This document shows positions 1 through 12,926 of a DNA stretch of 39,799 nt, piece by piece. The notes beneath the pieces are model-generated. The model worked only from the letters and a program-made list of their open reading frames with translations. It was not told the DNA's origin and made no database searches. Position 1 is the first letter of the stretch, and each line of letters opens with the position of its first letter. This DNA comes from Conidiobolus incongruus B7586 (Eukaryota). The translations under genes were made by a program, and so were the position numbers. The stretch spans positions 1 to 39,799 of the forward strand of contig JNEM01011953.1 of the NCBI GenBank assembly GCA_000697335.1, read 5' to 3'.

Positions 1-1216
1 TTTGATTTTAAGAATTATATAACTTAAAATCATTAATTCAAAATATATTTTTTCAAGTTGAAACTATATTAAACATCAAATAATTAAATATATTATTATA
101 TTACCAATAATTTTTGATTATTGTATAAAATCAAAATTTACATAAATAAGTCTAAATACACTTACTGATATAATGATTTTAATATACAACATTTAAATAT
201 AACTGTTAAAAATTTAATGAGAGTATCATTATGAAAAACAAAAATTATAATATATATCATCCAATGAATTTAAAGAAATTTTATATTAAATTTAATATGA
301 GCTAATAACAATATAGATAATATTAATTAAATTTGTGAAATCAAATGTTAAAATTTTTTTCGCAATTACCCATAATAAAGAATTTAATTATGTAATGTAA
401 TGGTTTAATTGGAATTTAAAAGCAAAATTAAATAATTATTTTTACAAATACAAAAAAAATTACCTTAATATGATGTAATGATATTTGGATTTGATTTTGA
501 TTTTCAAGTTAAAGTTTTTGCCATTTAGTGTTCTGGATTAATTATTTTATTAAAAATTTATTGGGACAATTTGAGTACAGAACTACACTGTCTTTTGTGC
601 CCATCTTAATTTAAAGCCCAATTAATTACGATTTTGGAAAACATGTTTATTATTAAGAAGCTAGGATAATTATCTATAGATATTTTGATATTGTATCACA
701 AACAAGATGTATAGCTTAGTTGATAGCTTGAAAACACTCAAATATAATCATCTATCATACCAATATCTTTTGATACCATGCTTGTTTATCACCATCAACA
801 GAGCTATATTTTTGAATTAAATGCAAATTAGTCCAATGGAATTTAGCATGATAATTAAAAAATACCGTTGATATAAAAATACCCGTGATAAATAAATGAA
901 TATTCAATGATTGGGTGATCTAACCAAAAAGCCAAATATTGTGCTTATCTTCATCCAATCACATTAGACATCTGGAAATTTCTACTCTGTTTCACCATTC
1001 CTTAACCTATCATTTTAAGTTAACGCCAATTTCACTTATTCAAGCGTTTTTTATCAAGTGTGGGGAATTTCTTGATATAGGAAATTATTTCATATTCTAT
1101 GAATAGTATAAATAAATCTCTTTTTCACTCTTATTTAATGTATTTCTATGAAAAAAGCGCTAATTTATCTATCCACTAGACTTCTCAATAGAGCTTTGAA
1201 AAAAATCAATTATAGA

Positions 1217-2583
1217 ATGAACATCAGTACCGTTGAAAGATGTAAGCTTTTTGATTTGATCTTCACTTGAATCAGCTTCTTATCCTTTTCATTTTAGCTC
1301 CTCAATTTAGTCCTGAGATGGTTCCTCATCTATTTCAAAGAAAACAGTTTCCTACTTTGAAAAAACCTTCTATTCCAACTGAAGATAATTTAACTATTTA
1401 TATCACGTATGATATCATTCATACTTTATTTATTATTATATACTAATCGTTTGATTTTAGACATTCTACTACCAAATCAGAAATAATCTCTCAACTAATC
1501 CCTATCGCCAAGAGACTAATTCCCGGCTGGAATAAAGTTAAAGAAAGTCAAATCCAGCTCTCTTCTATTAGCGGTGCACTTACTAACTCTATTTTCATTG
1601 TTGAAAATACATCTATCCTTAATAAACACCATTTTAGAAAAGTTCTACTTAGAGTATATGGTCAAGGTGTCGATCAGTTTATTGACAGAGAAAGAGAAAT
1701 CAACCTCTTGTCTAAATTGTCAGTTTGCAATGTTGGCCCAAAGCTACTTGGAATCTTCAAAAATGGTAGATTTGAACAATACTATGATTCTACCACCCTG
1801 ACTCATAGTATGATCCGTGATCCTGATACTTCTCGCCATATTGCTAGCCGTATGTGTGAATTACACAATATAGTTAAAATTTATCCAGTTCCCAAAAACA
1901 ATATTCCAGAAATTTGGAAAAATATTGACAAATGGCTTCCTAAAGCTGAAGAGGCATACAGAACAGCAAAATGCATTAAATCACCCGACTGCTATCCAGT
2001 CGATTTTGATTACATTCAGCGCACCCTACCCATTCTCAAACGAACTATCCAATCACTCTGTTCCCCAATTGTATTCTGTCACAATGACGTAAGATCAGTT
2101 TATAATTTGTAAAACTTCGTTATTAATTTTTTTCTACTTTAGGCACAATATGGAAATATTCTCAAATTAAAAGGTTCTGATGAGCTCGTTGTTGTTGACT
2201 TTGAATATTCAGGATACAACTATCGTGGATTTGACATTGCCAACCATTTCTGTGAATGGATGGCTAACTACCACTCAGCTTCTCCTCACAAGCTGAATCC
2301 TGAAGACTATCCTACCATACCTGAGCAAATCAATTTTTTACAATCATATCTCCGCACACAATATCAACAACCTGGTGAGTTTGAGCCCTTGGACTTTAAC
2401 AGCTCAGTTGATGAACTTTTAAATGAAGTCAAAGTATTTACCCTTACCTCCCATCTCAAATGGGGACTATGGGGAATTATTCAAGCTTCCCAATCCAGCA
2501 TTGATTTTGATTATATGGCATATGGTACACAAAGACTACATATGTTTAATCTTGCCGCTAAAGAACTCTTTCCCGAGATATAA
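1217..2583 (+). CDS. Choline/ethanolamine kinase, about 400 aa. Exons 1217-1241, 1298-1406, 1461-2088, 2143-2583
   Basis: The spliced product contains SGALTNSIF, KVLLRVYG, the Brenner motif FCHND|AQYGNIL (split by intron 2089-2142) and the choline kinase motif VVVDFEYSGYNYRGFDIANHFCEW. Three GT-AG introns of 54-56 nt keep the frame. The start codon is uncertain (see findings). Confidence 0.93.
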
Positions 2584-4271
2584 TTAAGTCACCCTTCCAT
2601 CTGAAATCATTTACAATTCTTCAACTTTGTTATATAATTTCGATTGCGCCATTCACTATTTATTTTTAATTTTCCGCACCCTTTCTTATTAGCTTAATAA
2701 ATGTATTATAATCACTTCAAACTCAGTCACCCTCTTTTCTCTTTTACTCACACTATTTCATACAATTAGCTCTTTCCTGACTATTCTATTCTCTTATCCT
2801 CAGCGATTATCCAATCATTTATTTCCAATTATTTAGTTATCTAACTAATTTCACATAATATGTTAAACTATTCTATCCTAAACACAATTTGTTTTTCATC
2901 ACTAGTGTAACAACTTTCAAATTTGAACACTAAATTTATCAATCAAATACCCAAGTATATATAATTGTATATTGGCAAAACGTTGATATTGCTAAAATCA
3001 TTTATATATCTGTTCTATTTAAATTATTTTTTATTAGAATGCTCAAATATATATAGTAATTACCATCAATTCATTCGCTTGATATATATAATCTTAATTC
3101 ACAGCTATTAACACCAATATATAAATATTCTGACAATATTTTATATTCATTGATTAATATTATTTGATGACTGAAAATAGTGAATCACATTATAATCAAT
3201 GGTATTTAAATGATTTTAAAAATTACTTTGTATAAAGGATTATTTCTAATCTACATCATTAAATATACATTATACCAACCAGTTTTTCACGACTTCGCAA
3301 ATCTCATAATTATACATTTTACAAGATAAATTTATTGATTTACTAACTTTTTAAAATTGAAACAATGATAGATGATAAGATGTATATATATTATTTAATC
3401 AGTATAATACTTAATAAATACAATGATTTTTTTATAATATTTTAATGAATGGTTTTAATTTGCCATATCAATCTTGAAAATAAGATGGACATATCATAGA
3501 TATAAGAAGAATAAAATGTAAAAAATACATGTATCAGAAAAAAGCTATAGTCAAATTAAATTTTAACAAATATAAAACTACTGTATTTGCTAATTAATAT
3601 TTCAGTGCCTGACAGGAATTTTTTGTAAAACACTGACATCTATTTCCATTAGCTGATTTTTTGACTGAAATGATGTTAATGGATTTTAATAAATTGGGTG
3701 TAATTAGTAGTTAAGTATTCAAACAAAAATAAAATTTAAAAATAAACCTAAACACATAGAATCATTGTTTGATTTTCATATAATCTGTAATATAATATAT
3801 ATTTTGTAATTTTGTGATATAAAAGAGTTGGTGTTGATAACTTTATTCAAAATTTTATATCAACTATAATAAATTAAATTTTTTAAAATCCTCTACTAGT
3901 AAAAAATTATTTATTAATATATAAATTTAATCCTTATAATAAATTTGAAAAATAGAATATTAAATACATGATATCTGCCATTACCTTCTGATTTAAATAT
4001 TCCTAATTTTACAAATACTACATATATATGTGATTCTAATCCTGAAAATATTAGGCTATATTTTTATATTAATAATTTTATAATTTGATCATTATGAATG
4101 ATATATGTGGATTTATTGGATTAATAAAATGAACTTGAATCAGTATTTAAAATATTAAAATGCGAAAATATAGATTACAAAGTGGTTGATGATTTATTAA
4201 TTGGCTCAAAATATATGGATAGCAAAGTGGTACAATAGTAAAAGTGAATCTTAAATGTCAATTAATAATAT

Positions 4272-6667
4272 TTAAGCGTTAGATTTTGTTTGAATTTGAT
4301 ATGTTAACTCTTTGTAGCGTTGCTGGAGATGAGCTGATATTTGATTTTCTTTTTCTAAAAGCTCTTGCCATTGTTGAACTCGATGCAAAGCTCCAATTTC
4401 TTCTTGTTGTTGAAGGAACATGACAGAATCAAGCTGAATTCTAGCTTCGTCCAATTGCTCATATAAAGATGATATCTTTTCTAATAATTCATTAGAATGC
4501 GCCTATATCATGATTAATAAAATCAACTAAATAGAAAATATTGTAAAAATTACCATATATGGACCATGTAACCTTCCCAATTTTTCTTCCAAATCAATAT
4601 TCAAAAGAGTGCATTGCTTTAATTTGGAAAAGTCTCCAGAGTTTTGAATAGCATGACCTGAAATAATTTGGAGACTGGGGTGGTCAGAAGTTTTTTGATC
4701 GCCAATTTCCTTATTAACTAAGACTTCTGCCTGTTCAATAAATTCTTGAGTGATAGGTTCAAGCTCAGCATACGCAAAAATATCTGGATTGATGGAGTCA
4801 TCTGATGCTGATATGTTATTATTGCTAATGACATCGTGGGAAATAATCTTAATCATTTCATTGTTAATAAGATCCTGTGCATTCTTTAAGTCATTAGGAA
4901 CGGATTGGATTTCCATATGTAATAATTCAAGAACTTGACTAGGATTGAAGTTGATCGAAGGACGAGGTAAATTTTGCTTGGTTACTTGACTTCTCCACTT
5001 GGAAGCTTCGTAAAGCTCTTGTTCACGCTTTAATCTGAGCTCTTCTTCAGCGGCGTCTTCTAGCCTATTTGATTCATCATGTAAATTTGTCGATTCATCT
5101 AAGTTATCTGCAGGATCTTCATCAGGCAAAACAATTTCAAAGTCATTCAATGGCGTAGGCAATTGAAGAAATCCCTTTTGCATTTTACGCTTGAGCTCAT
5201 TTCGCCATGCCTTATATGATGCTTCATCCATATTCAAACCTATATCCGAATTAATTCCAAAACCATCTCTCAAAAAGGGGTGCGAAGTAGCATTTGGGGT
5301 GGCTCCAACAGTGAGATTGGGGCCACGAGGAGTAACAAACGAACCCGAATGAGCAGGAGTTTGAGAGAGTAATGGATTAGGTGTTACTAATGTATTGCTT
5401 CTGGGAGTAGCACCCTCAAACCCAGTTCCAGCGTGTAAGTTGTTAAGAGAGGAGTCATCTTCGCCCAATAAAGGAGTTTGAATGTTCTTTAATGCTAAAA
5501 GATTGCGGGCTTCCAAACGAACAGTATCAACAGCAGGTGTGGTAGTGCGGGGAGTTGCATGAGAGGGGGTCATTGAGGTATAATCCTCAATTAAGCCACT
5601 TGTCACAGATATTTCATTATTAGCATTACCAACACCATTAGCTTGGTGTCCAAGTTTAGCAATATCTTCTAATTCTGCCTGACCCACTTGTGGTTCAGGT
5701 AAATTTAATTTACGACTGCTAGATGATTTGTTCAAGTTAACCAGTTGGTTGATTTGAGCTAAAAGATTATTGGCTTTCTTTTCCTTGGAATTCTTCAAAT
5801 CTCTTTTTCTCAGTTCTTCTTCTCTTTCTCTGGGTTTTATACCATCTAATTCCTGTACAGTTGTTCTACGGAATGGAATAGTTTTTGGTTGTCTGCTGAG
5901 CTCTTCTTTGGTATCATATACACCAGGAATTGGCTTTCTTTCTAAAGGAATGTCAGCGTTATAATCCATCCCTTTTATTTTCTTATGAACTCGAACATCC
6001 ATTCCGGCAGCTTTTAATTCTCTGCGTTTTTGTAAGGCTGCTAAACGCCTGGCTTCTTCCAATTGTTTTTCTCTAGCTTTCCTTTTAGATTTTTTACCCT
6101 GTGTGTTGGCTAAACGAGCTCTAGCTTCTGATAACATTTCTTTTTCATCTTCATCCATATCAACAGGATCAGGACGAGCGGGTTTAGTTTCAGGATCAGG
6201 GTCAATTTCGCCTGGACGTAAACGTCGAACATCGTCTGCTGAAGGGCCAGATTCAGCTGAATAAGATGATAATCCCAGTTGACCAGCCTTTTCAGCTGCT
6301 TCTGCTTCATCTAATAACTTTTGATAGCGCTCTAAACATTGAGCAGGAGTTCTACCAACAATTGGAGCAATTGTTCTCCATTGAGTGGGCATTACTTTTG
6401 CCAAATGCAGGAGTTTTTCATCTTCCTCTTTAGACCATTCAGTTTTACGAACACTGGGATCAATCCATTCATACCAACGAGCTTTACATTGCTTGGCACT
6501 CTTTCTAACTAAAAGCGAAGAGATACGAGCCCATTGATTTTTACCATATTTCATAACAGCAGCTTTGAGGATTTCATCCTCGGTGTTTTTCCAAATACCA
6601 CCTAATAAGAAATTAGTTAAATATACAAATTAAATTATTAACAATTACCTTTGATTAAAATTTTCAT
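4272..6667 (-). CDS. CEF1: Pre-mRNA splicing factor Cef1/CDC5L (NineTeen complex Myb-repeat protein), about 765 aa. Exons 6667-6649, 6601-4554, 4502-4272
   Basis: The N-terminus MKILIKGGIWKNTEDEILKAAVMKYGKNQWARISSLL...WYEWIDP...WRTIAPIVGRT and DMDEDEKEMLSEARARLANTQGKK are CDC5L hallmarks. Introns 6602-6648 and 4503-4553 are GT-AG and preserve the frame. Confidence 0.97.
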
Positions 6668-8720
6668 ATTTGAATTTTGAAGCCAAATTTATAGGTGAAT
6701 AAATATAAATTTAATATTATAATAAAATTAATGAAACTACTGAAAATAAATTTACAAAGTGATATTATAAATAAAATTCTAAAATCAATATTTTTGATGC
6801 TGATAATTATGTGATTTTATCTTCAATTCACTCCTTTCAATCAAATTTATTTGGCTTTCAATTATTATGGGACTTGAAATTCAATATTTAAAAGTACTTT
6901 AAAATTAGAGATTTGGATTTTCTGAAGTTTGAATATTAAAATTGATAAAATTTGCAGAAAAATTTTTATTTCAATATTAATCTAACATGAATAAATTTGC
7001 ATAGCTTGACTTAGTATATTCCATTTCAAGAAATCACTTGTGTTTATAATATACCAACTCTGATAACCTAATTTAATAAATTTAATTTCAAAGCATCTTT
7101 TATCTAATATAATATATTTAATTGATTATTCAAGAAATGATTAAGACCACATACTCATAATGATTTATTGAATTGAGTAAAATAAATTAATTTATAAAGT
7201 ACATTCAAACAGTATATTGAATTGTGTTTAATATCAATAATTCGATCCTATTAATAATACAAAAATTGAATTGCTATCTTCAAAGGATTTGTATTTTCGA
7301 ATCAAAATTTTTATTATTTTGATTATTAATTGATTATTATTTTTTGTGTATATTAAACAACGAAATAATTTTTACATTTTTAGTCATTTTGAATTGAGTC
7401 ATCATTTTCAGACACATTGGTTCATAAATTCAAAGTATTTTACATCAGTTTGATTCCAGTAATGAATATTTGTAGGTATAATTAAACTATCTTGAATTTC
7501 GCTTATAGTGATGGAACCAATATACTTCTATATACTTAATTAAATGATATTATTTAGTTAATCAATATATCTAGTACTTCATCCAAAGCTATAAAATTGT
7601 TATTATTATTATTATATAAATAATATCTTTTCACAAAAAAAAATCCTATCAAAGGAAAATATCGTTATATTTTCAATATTTCTTAAATTGCTCAGTTAAT
7701 ATATATAACACACCATTTTGATAAATAGTTAAATTTCTGGTGCAAAGCTTAATGTAATATAACCCAATCCAAATCAGCAATTGTATAATCAAAAAAGTAT
7801 TCCATCCATAAAATGCCATATATATGTATAATTTTTATATTATTAAAGCCAGTTAATGAATAAGATAATATAAGCTATTTTATAAAAGACATTACGTATT
7901 TATATTAGATTCCAATTATAAAATTTGAATTTTTTTATTTTTATATTTATTGTATTATTTGGGTACTAATGTAAAAATATATTAATATTACCAATTATTG
8001 TAATATTTATTTATATTTATATAAAAATTCTCTAGATGATTAATGGTTATAATAATTATGAAGTTGAAAAAATTGGTTCAATATAATTTAGTAATATTTC
8101 AAATGGTAATATCTTAAATATCATATTTTAAATTTACAAATTTATAAGAGATTTAGTAAATGTTATATTTAATGAAAATATTATAGTACATTTATACTTG
8201 TTTGGTAAATGACTTAGGGGTCTGCTATAAATATTTGAAATATTAAATATATATATATATGTCCTTGTGTTACTATATTCACAATAAAACTTCTTAAGCT
8301 ATCGTAATTGTAAAAAATTTTTAAATAGTCTTTATAATTGAGCATTTATTCAATAATCAATAATCAACATACATTTTACTACAAGAGGATTATTTAAATG
8401 TTTAACAATTATCAATATTACTATTTATTATATACAAATGTATTATTAGCTAATATTACTGGAAATATTCAATTTACACATTAAACATCATTTCGATTAA
8501 AATCAATTTTTCATTCAAGTGAATACTGGTGATCAATAAATTCAAAAATTTAGTCCAAATTGATATAATATACAATAAACTTTAATAATTGTTACTTATT
8601 TGAGAGATAAAATTGAAAATAAGATAGACTATTGAATATATTGAATTACAATGTTAATAAGTTACATGATAATATAAGAATTAAGTATAAAGATATACTT
8701 AATATAAGATGAATTCATGA

Positions 8721-11700
8721 TTAATTTCGCTTTGATTTCTTGCTAGTCGAAGGAGATAAATTGGCTCTCTGTTTTTCGGATTCAATTTGATCTTCATCTT
8801 CTTCAGCCAAATTTTGCAAAGTGGATGACAATAAACCAGCTTTTCTCTTGAGTGGAGTAGGGGTAGATTTTGCTGGAGTTGAGCTAACTTGAATGTCAAT
8901 TTGTGATATCTCTGATTGGTCTTGATTTTGTTCTAAATATAATTAATATAAGTCAGTTAAAAGACAAGATTGATATATTACCATCATTTTGAATTATTGT
9001 TGAAGGGACTTCAAACCCGCCTTTAGCTTTTTCTAATAAAGATATGTAATTTTGAAAATCTGCCATTTCTTTGGGCTCTTGATCTAATTTCTGCTTAATT
9101 TCATTGAATGATTTTTGAGTGGTATCCAACCTAAATCAATTTAGAACACAAATAACGCTAAAATTGGATAAAGGACTTACAACTTTCCAAGATGATTAGG
9201 GGCTAACAAGCCAGTGACAAGGTTATTGAGTAATTTCAAAAACAAAAGATCTGAGACATATGTGTCTGATGAAATACTCTTGATATTGTATTTGAACTTA
9301 TTTAAGTATTTGGATGAGGTCGATTCGTGAAAATGGATTAAAGCTTCACTTATCCAAGAAAGTCTTGAGCCAACATTCCTTAGGCTATTCGCAATTAATC
9401 GAGAAAGCTGTAAAATAGACTTGAATTCACAATCGATAGAGTGACTCTGCCATTGGTCGAAGCAATTAATCAGAGCATTGCCAAGGGAGTCAATATAATG
9501 GTTAACTTGGGCTGGATTAGTAGATTTCAATATGAATACTTTGATACTTGACATCAGCATGTTCTTTAATAGATCCTGAATCACTGGATCAAAGATTGGA
9601 TAGCGTGTGAGTAATCCGATCAGGTGACCAAATGACAAGTGACCAAGTCTAATCGAGCGCAAGCAAATACCAACGATATGAATGAAGGACTGGCGAGCAA
9701 GAGGATCTTGCAAAATATAAGGATTAGGAATATCTTGATCCATAGCATTCTGTTGCTGTTTCAATAAACTGTCCATTAAATCTAAGGATTGGCTGAGGAA
9801 TTTGGCTACCGATGATTCAATCGTATCTTCGGAAGGGAAGATGATTTCTTTGCGCAAAGTTTCGGATGCTGATGTGACTAGAAGAAGCTCACTCAACACT
9901 GCAAAGCACACTTTCTGAAGATCAAAGAAGCCAAAGTTATTCTTTGGGATATCTTGATTAATAATGTCAACACAATTTCTAAGAAGGCGGTTTCGATGCT
10001 TAGCAAGCTCTTCAGAGCTGACTAGAGGTTCATTACGAGCGATATCAGAAGCTTGATTGTCAGAATGCGAGGGAGAAAATGAATAAGCGGCTGACAAAAT
10101 ACTACGATAAAGAATTTCACAGCAATGAATAGATATACTAGAATCAATCAAAGATTGGTCAGACTCGAGGCCTTGTAGACATTCGTGCATAAAGTTGACA
10201 AATTGGTCAGAATCCGAATCAAATACTAAAGGATGACCCCACTCGGTCAGCATCATAATGATTCTAAATCGGAGCAAATGAATTGCTAATGTTTCAAGAT
10301 TATGGCGTGTGGCAAGGATCTTTTGAACAATGTCATGGACAAATACCGTAATGAATTGAGTGACTGATTCTGGAGGCACTGCCCCGAATTCGGTTAAATG
10401 ATAACAAGTATAGATGGCTTGAAGAATTACAGAAGGATGAGAAGAGTTGTTAACAATTTTTTTGATTTCATTAAGAGTGTCGATCAGGGGCTTGGTTTGG
10501 CGCAAGGAAACAACAGTTTCACCATCGAACAGAGTTTCGATAATTGAGAGCACTTGAATGATGCTGTGATGATTATGAGAATGCTTAATCAACATTCTCT
10601 TCCAGGACCCAAGTTCTTGAATAAAAGAGTTTCTGCATTCAATATATGGCTCCGACTCCAAATCCTTGGCGCTTTTACCACTCGATAATTTAGAAAGATA
10701 CGATTCTTTCATAATGCGGCAACAAGTGGCAAAACATTCCAACAAGTACTTTTCTTCGTCATCAGTAAGTTCGACCAGTTGGTTGGATTTCCTTTTGGAT
10801 GTATGAGTTTGTTCACTAATTAGGTAGTTGGTCATCAACTGCCAATTCTTTAATATCTCCAAATTAGGATAAAGTGCACGAATTCCCAATGCGAAAGTGG
10901 TGTCTTTTTTGGAATGTATGGATTGGAACATTTGGTCAAATCCCTTGGAAACATCATAAAGTGGAGAATAGTTCGATGTAATTGGCTGAGATTCTGTAAT
11001 ATGAGACGTAACAATCGTATTGATGATTGTCTTATAAAATAAACGCACATATTCCTCGTTGTTGAAATCAGCATCGGTTCCCATTAAGTGATGATGCTCA
11101 GAAGGTACAATGTAGTTGACTAGTGAGTTGGAAACAAACTTACCGGCCGCCTTTCGAACTTTTTCTTCTGTATGATACAAGAGGGCGAAAAGCTGATTAC
11201 GATTGTCATCATTCATCAAACCTCTTTCCAATAGTTCACTGCATAGCTGGATTGAATTCATACGGATGGTTGGATCAATATCTTTTAACCCCATCTCAAC
11301 AATTCGAGTTTGAAAATACTCTAAGCATGATCTGAGCCCACCCACTAGATTTTTGTGATTAGAGAGTTTGAGAAGCATTGACACTGCGTCTGAGCGAACT
11401 GAAGGGACTGGATCAGAAAGATTCCATCCAATATATCTCAAATAAGCACCGTCAAGGAAATATTCTGGATATTTAATGACCCAAGTTCCCATAGCGCTGA
11501 CAGATTCAGATCGAATACTAGGATCTACATCTCGAAAAGATCGTTTAAATAATCTGGAATAAAATAATTAGATTTGGTCAATATTGAACAATATATATAT
11601 ATATATAATTACTTTTCGAAGATGGCTTTGATCAGGTTGTTTCCAGTAAACAATTGACTGTTCAGGCTTTGGATCTTATTAATGAGCTCTGCTTCCCTTT

Positions 11701-12706
11701 CATTGTTTCTTCTAGATTTTTTATTTTCACTATTTAATTGGCGCTCCAGTATCCCTTTTTCTTTGATAAAATCATGGTTAACGATACATAAGCTTGTGAT
11801 TATGTTCAAAGACACTGAAATCGAAACATGACGCAAAGAGCGAATATTTGATCTAATATATAACGAATTAGCTATGGGATCAAAGGATAAAATAGATATA
11901 TTACGATGTAACAGGGTTGACAAACTCGAAAATATTGTCAACTGCGACAGTTTTATCAACTTCAGAATATTGAAACAAAAGACTGATTAAAACTGTGAAA
12001 AAATCCAAAACTCTTTTACGAGTTTTTTTATCTTTGCCCCTTGGATTAAAAATATATTCAGGTTCAAAATCCTATATCAAAAATAGTTAGTAAAGAGATA
12101 ACCAAATAAATGTGAATTTAAATACATCAACAGCTTGATTTAACTGCTCAATAATATCTTTGAGATCGTAGTTTTCAAAAGCCTGAGCCTTAATCGCCAA
12201 TTTGGACCCTCCACACTAAAATTAAGAAATTCATTAAATAAAAGAAAAGAATAATAGTTGAAATTAAAAACCTTTAAAAGGGTATTTAATAACTCTATGA
12301 GTGCTTTATGCTCGTCTTTTTCATATTGTTTAAGCCATGAGTTCGCTACACTTTCTACATCCAACTCCACATTTGTTAATGAAACTAAATTGAATGCCGT
12401 TAGCTTAATTAAAAGTACATCTTGAAATACTATATACCAAATAAAGAGAGCTTATTATTTGAAGTAAAATAATTTCTATCTAACTCGACTGTTGGTTCAT
12501 TTTTAGAGGTTTTGGATTTTTTAGCTGTGGCGGCTTTGGTTGAAGGAATGAATTCATTTTTAGAATTTTCCAAATTATAAACTGAAGATTTTTGAGCTGC
12601 ACTCTTTTGTTTTCCACGAGTATTACTAATTATACCAAAGCAATCAGTATCATATTATAAATATTAAAGATGTGTTAATATACTTTTGTGAATTTGTTTT
12701 TGACAT
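8721..12706 (-). CDS. SCC3: Cohesin HEAT subunit Scc3/STAG (stromalin), about 1184 aa. Exons 12706-12684, 12625-12438, 12384-12272, 12215-12126, 12071-11905, 11852-11613, 11553-9181, 9130-8982, 8932-8721
   Basis: STAG-domain TSSNIRSLRHVS and the stromalin conserved domain LFKRSFRDVDPSIRSES...MGTWVIKYPEYFLDGAYLRYIGWNLSD are present. Eight GT-AG introns of 49-59 nt give one continuous frame (3555 nt). The first two and last two exons are supported only by splice and frame logic. Confidence 0.9.
11591..11607. repeat. (AT)8 microsatellite inside SCC3 intron 6
   Basis: ATATATATATATATATA, read directly. Confidence 0.8.
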
Positions 12707-12842
12707 TTTTAAATATAATTGATTTATTGTAATAAATTTATTCAATTACAAGAAACCTGAAAATATCTATTGCTATTAGTGACATTGAATCTATTTAAAT
12801 TTTAACAAATGATGTCAATATTTCAAATTCAATCTACTTCAG

Positions 12843-12926
12843 CCAATTATAATTCGCGTTGGAATTTCTTCCTTTTCATTTTTAAAACGCGAAAAATAGA
12901 TTAATTCAATTATTAAAACTGATTGG
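12843..12926 (-). promoter_or_regulatory. SCC3 promoter: inverted pair of ACGCGAA (MCB/SCB/E2F-like) sites between two CCAAT boxes
   Basis: TTCGCGTT at 12853-12860, AACGCGAAAAA at 12886-12896, CCAAT at 12843-12847 and GATTGG at 12921-12926, all about 140-220 nt upstream of the ATG at 12706. Confidence 0.6.

Noticed and set aside
3601..3640. Sm-site-like AATTTTTTG inside a TCAGTG...CACTGA inverted repeat
   Set aside because: Such motifs are common in AT-rich DNA and no snRNA hallmark is nearby.
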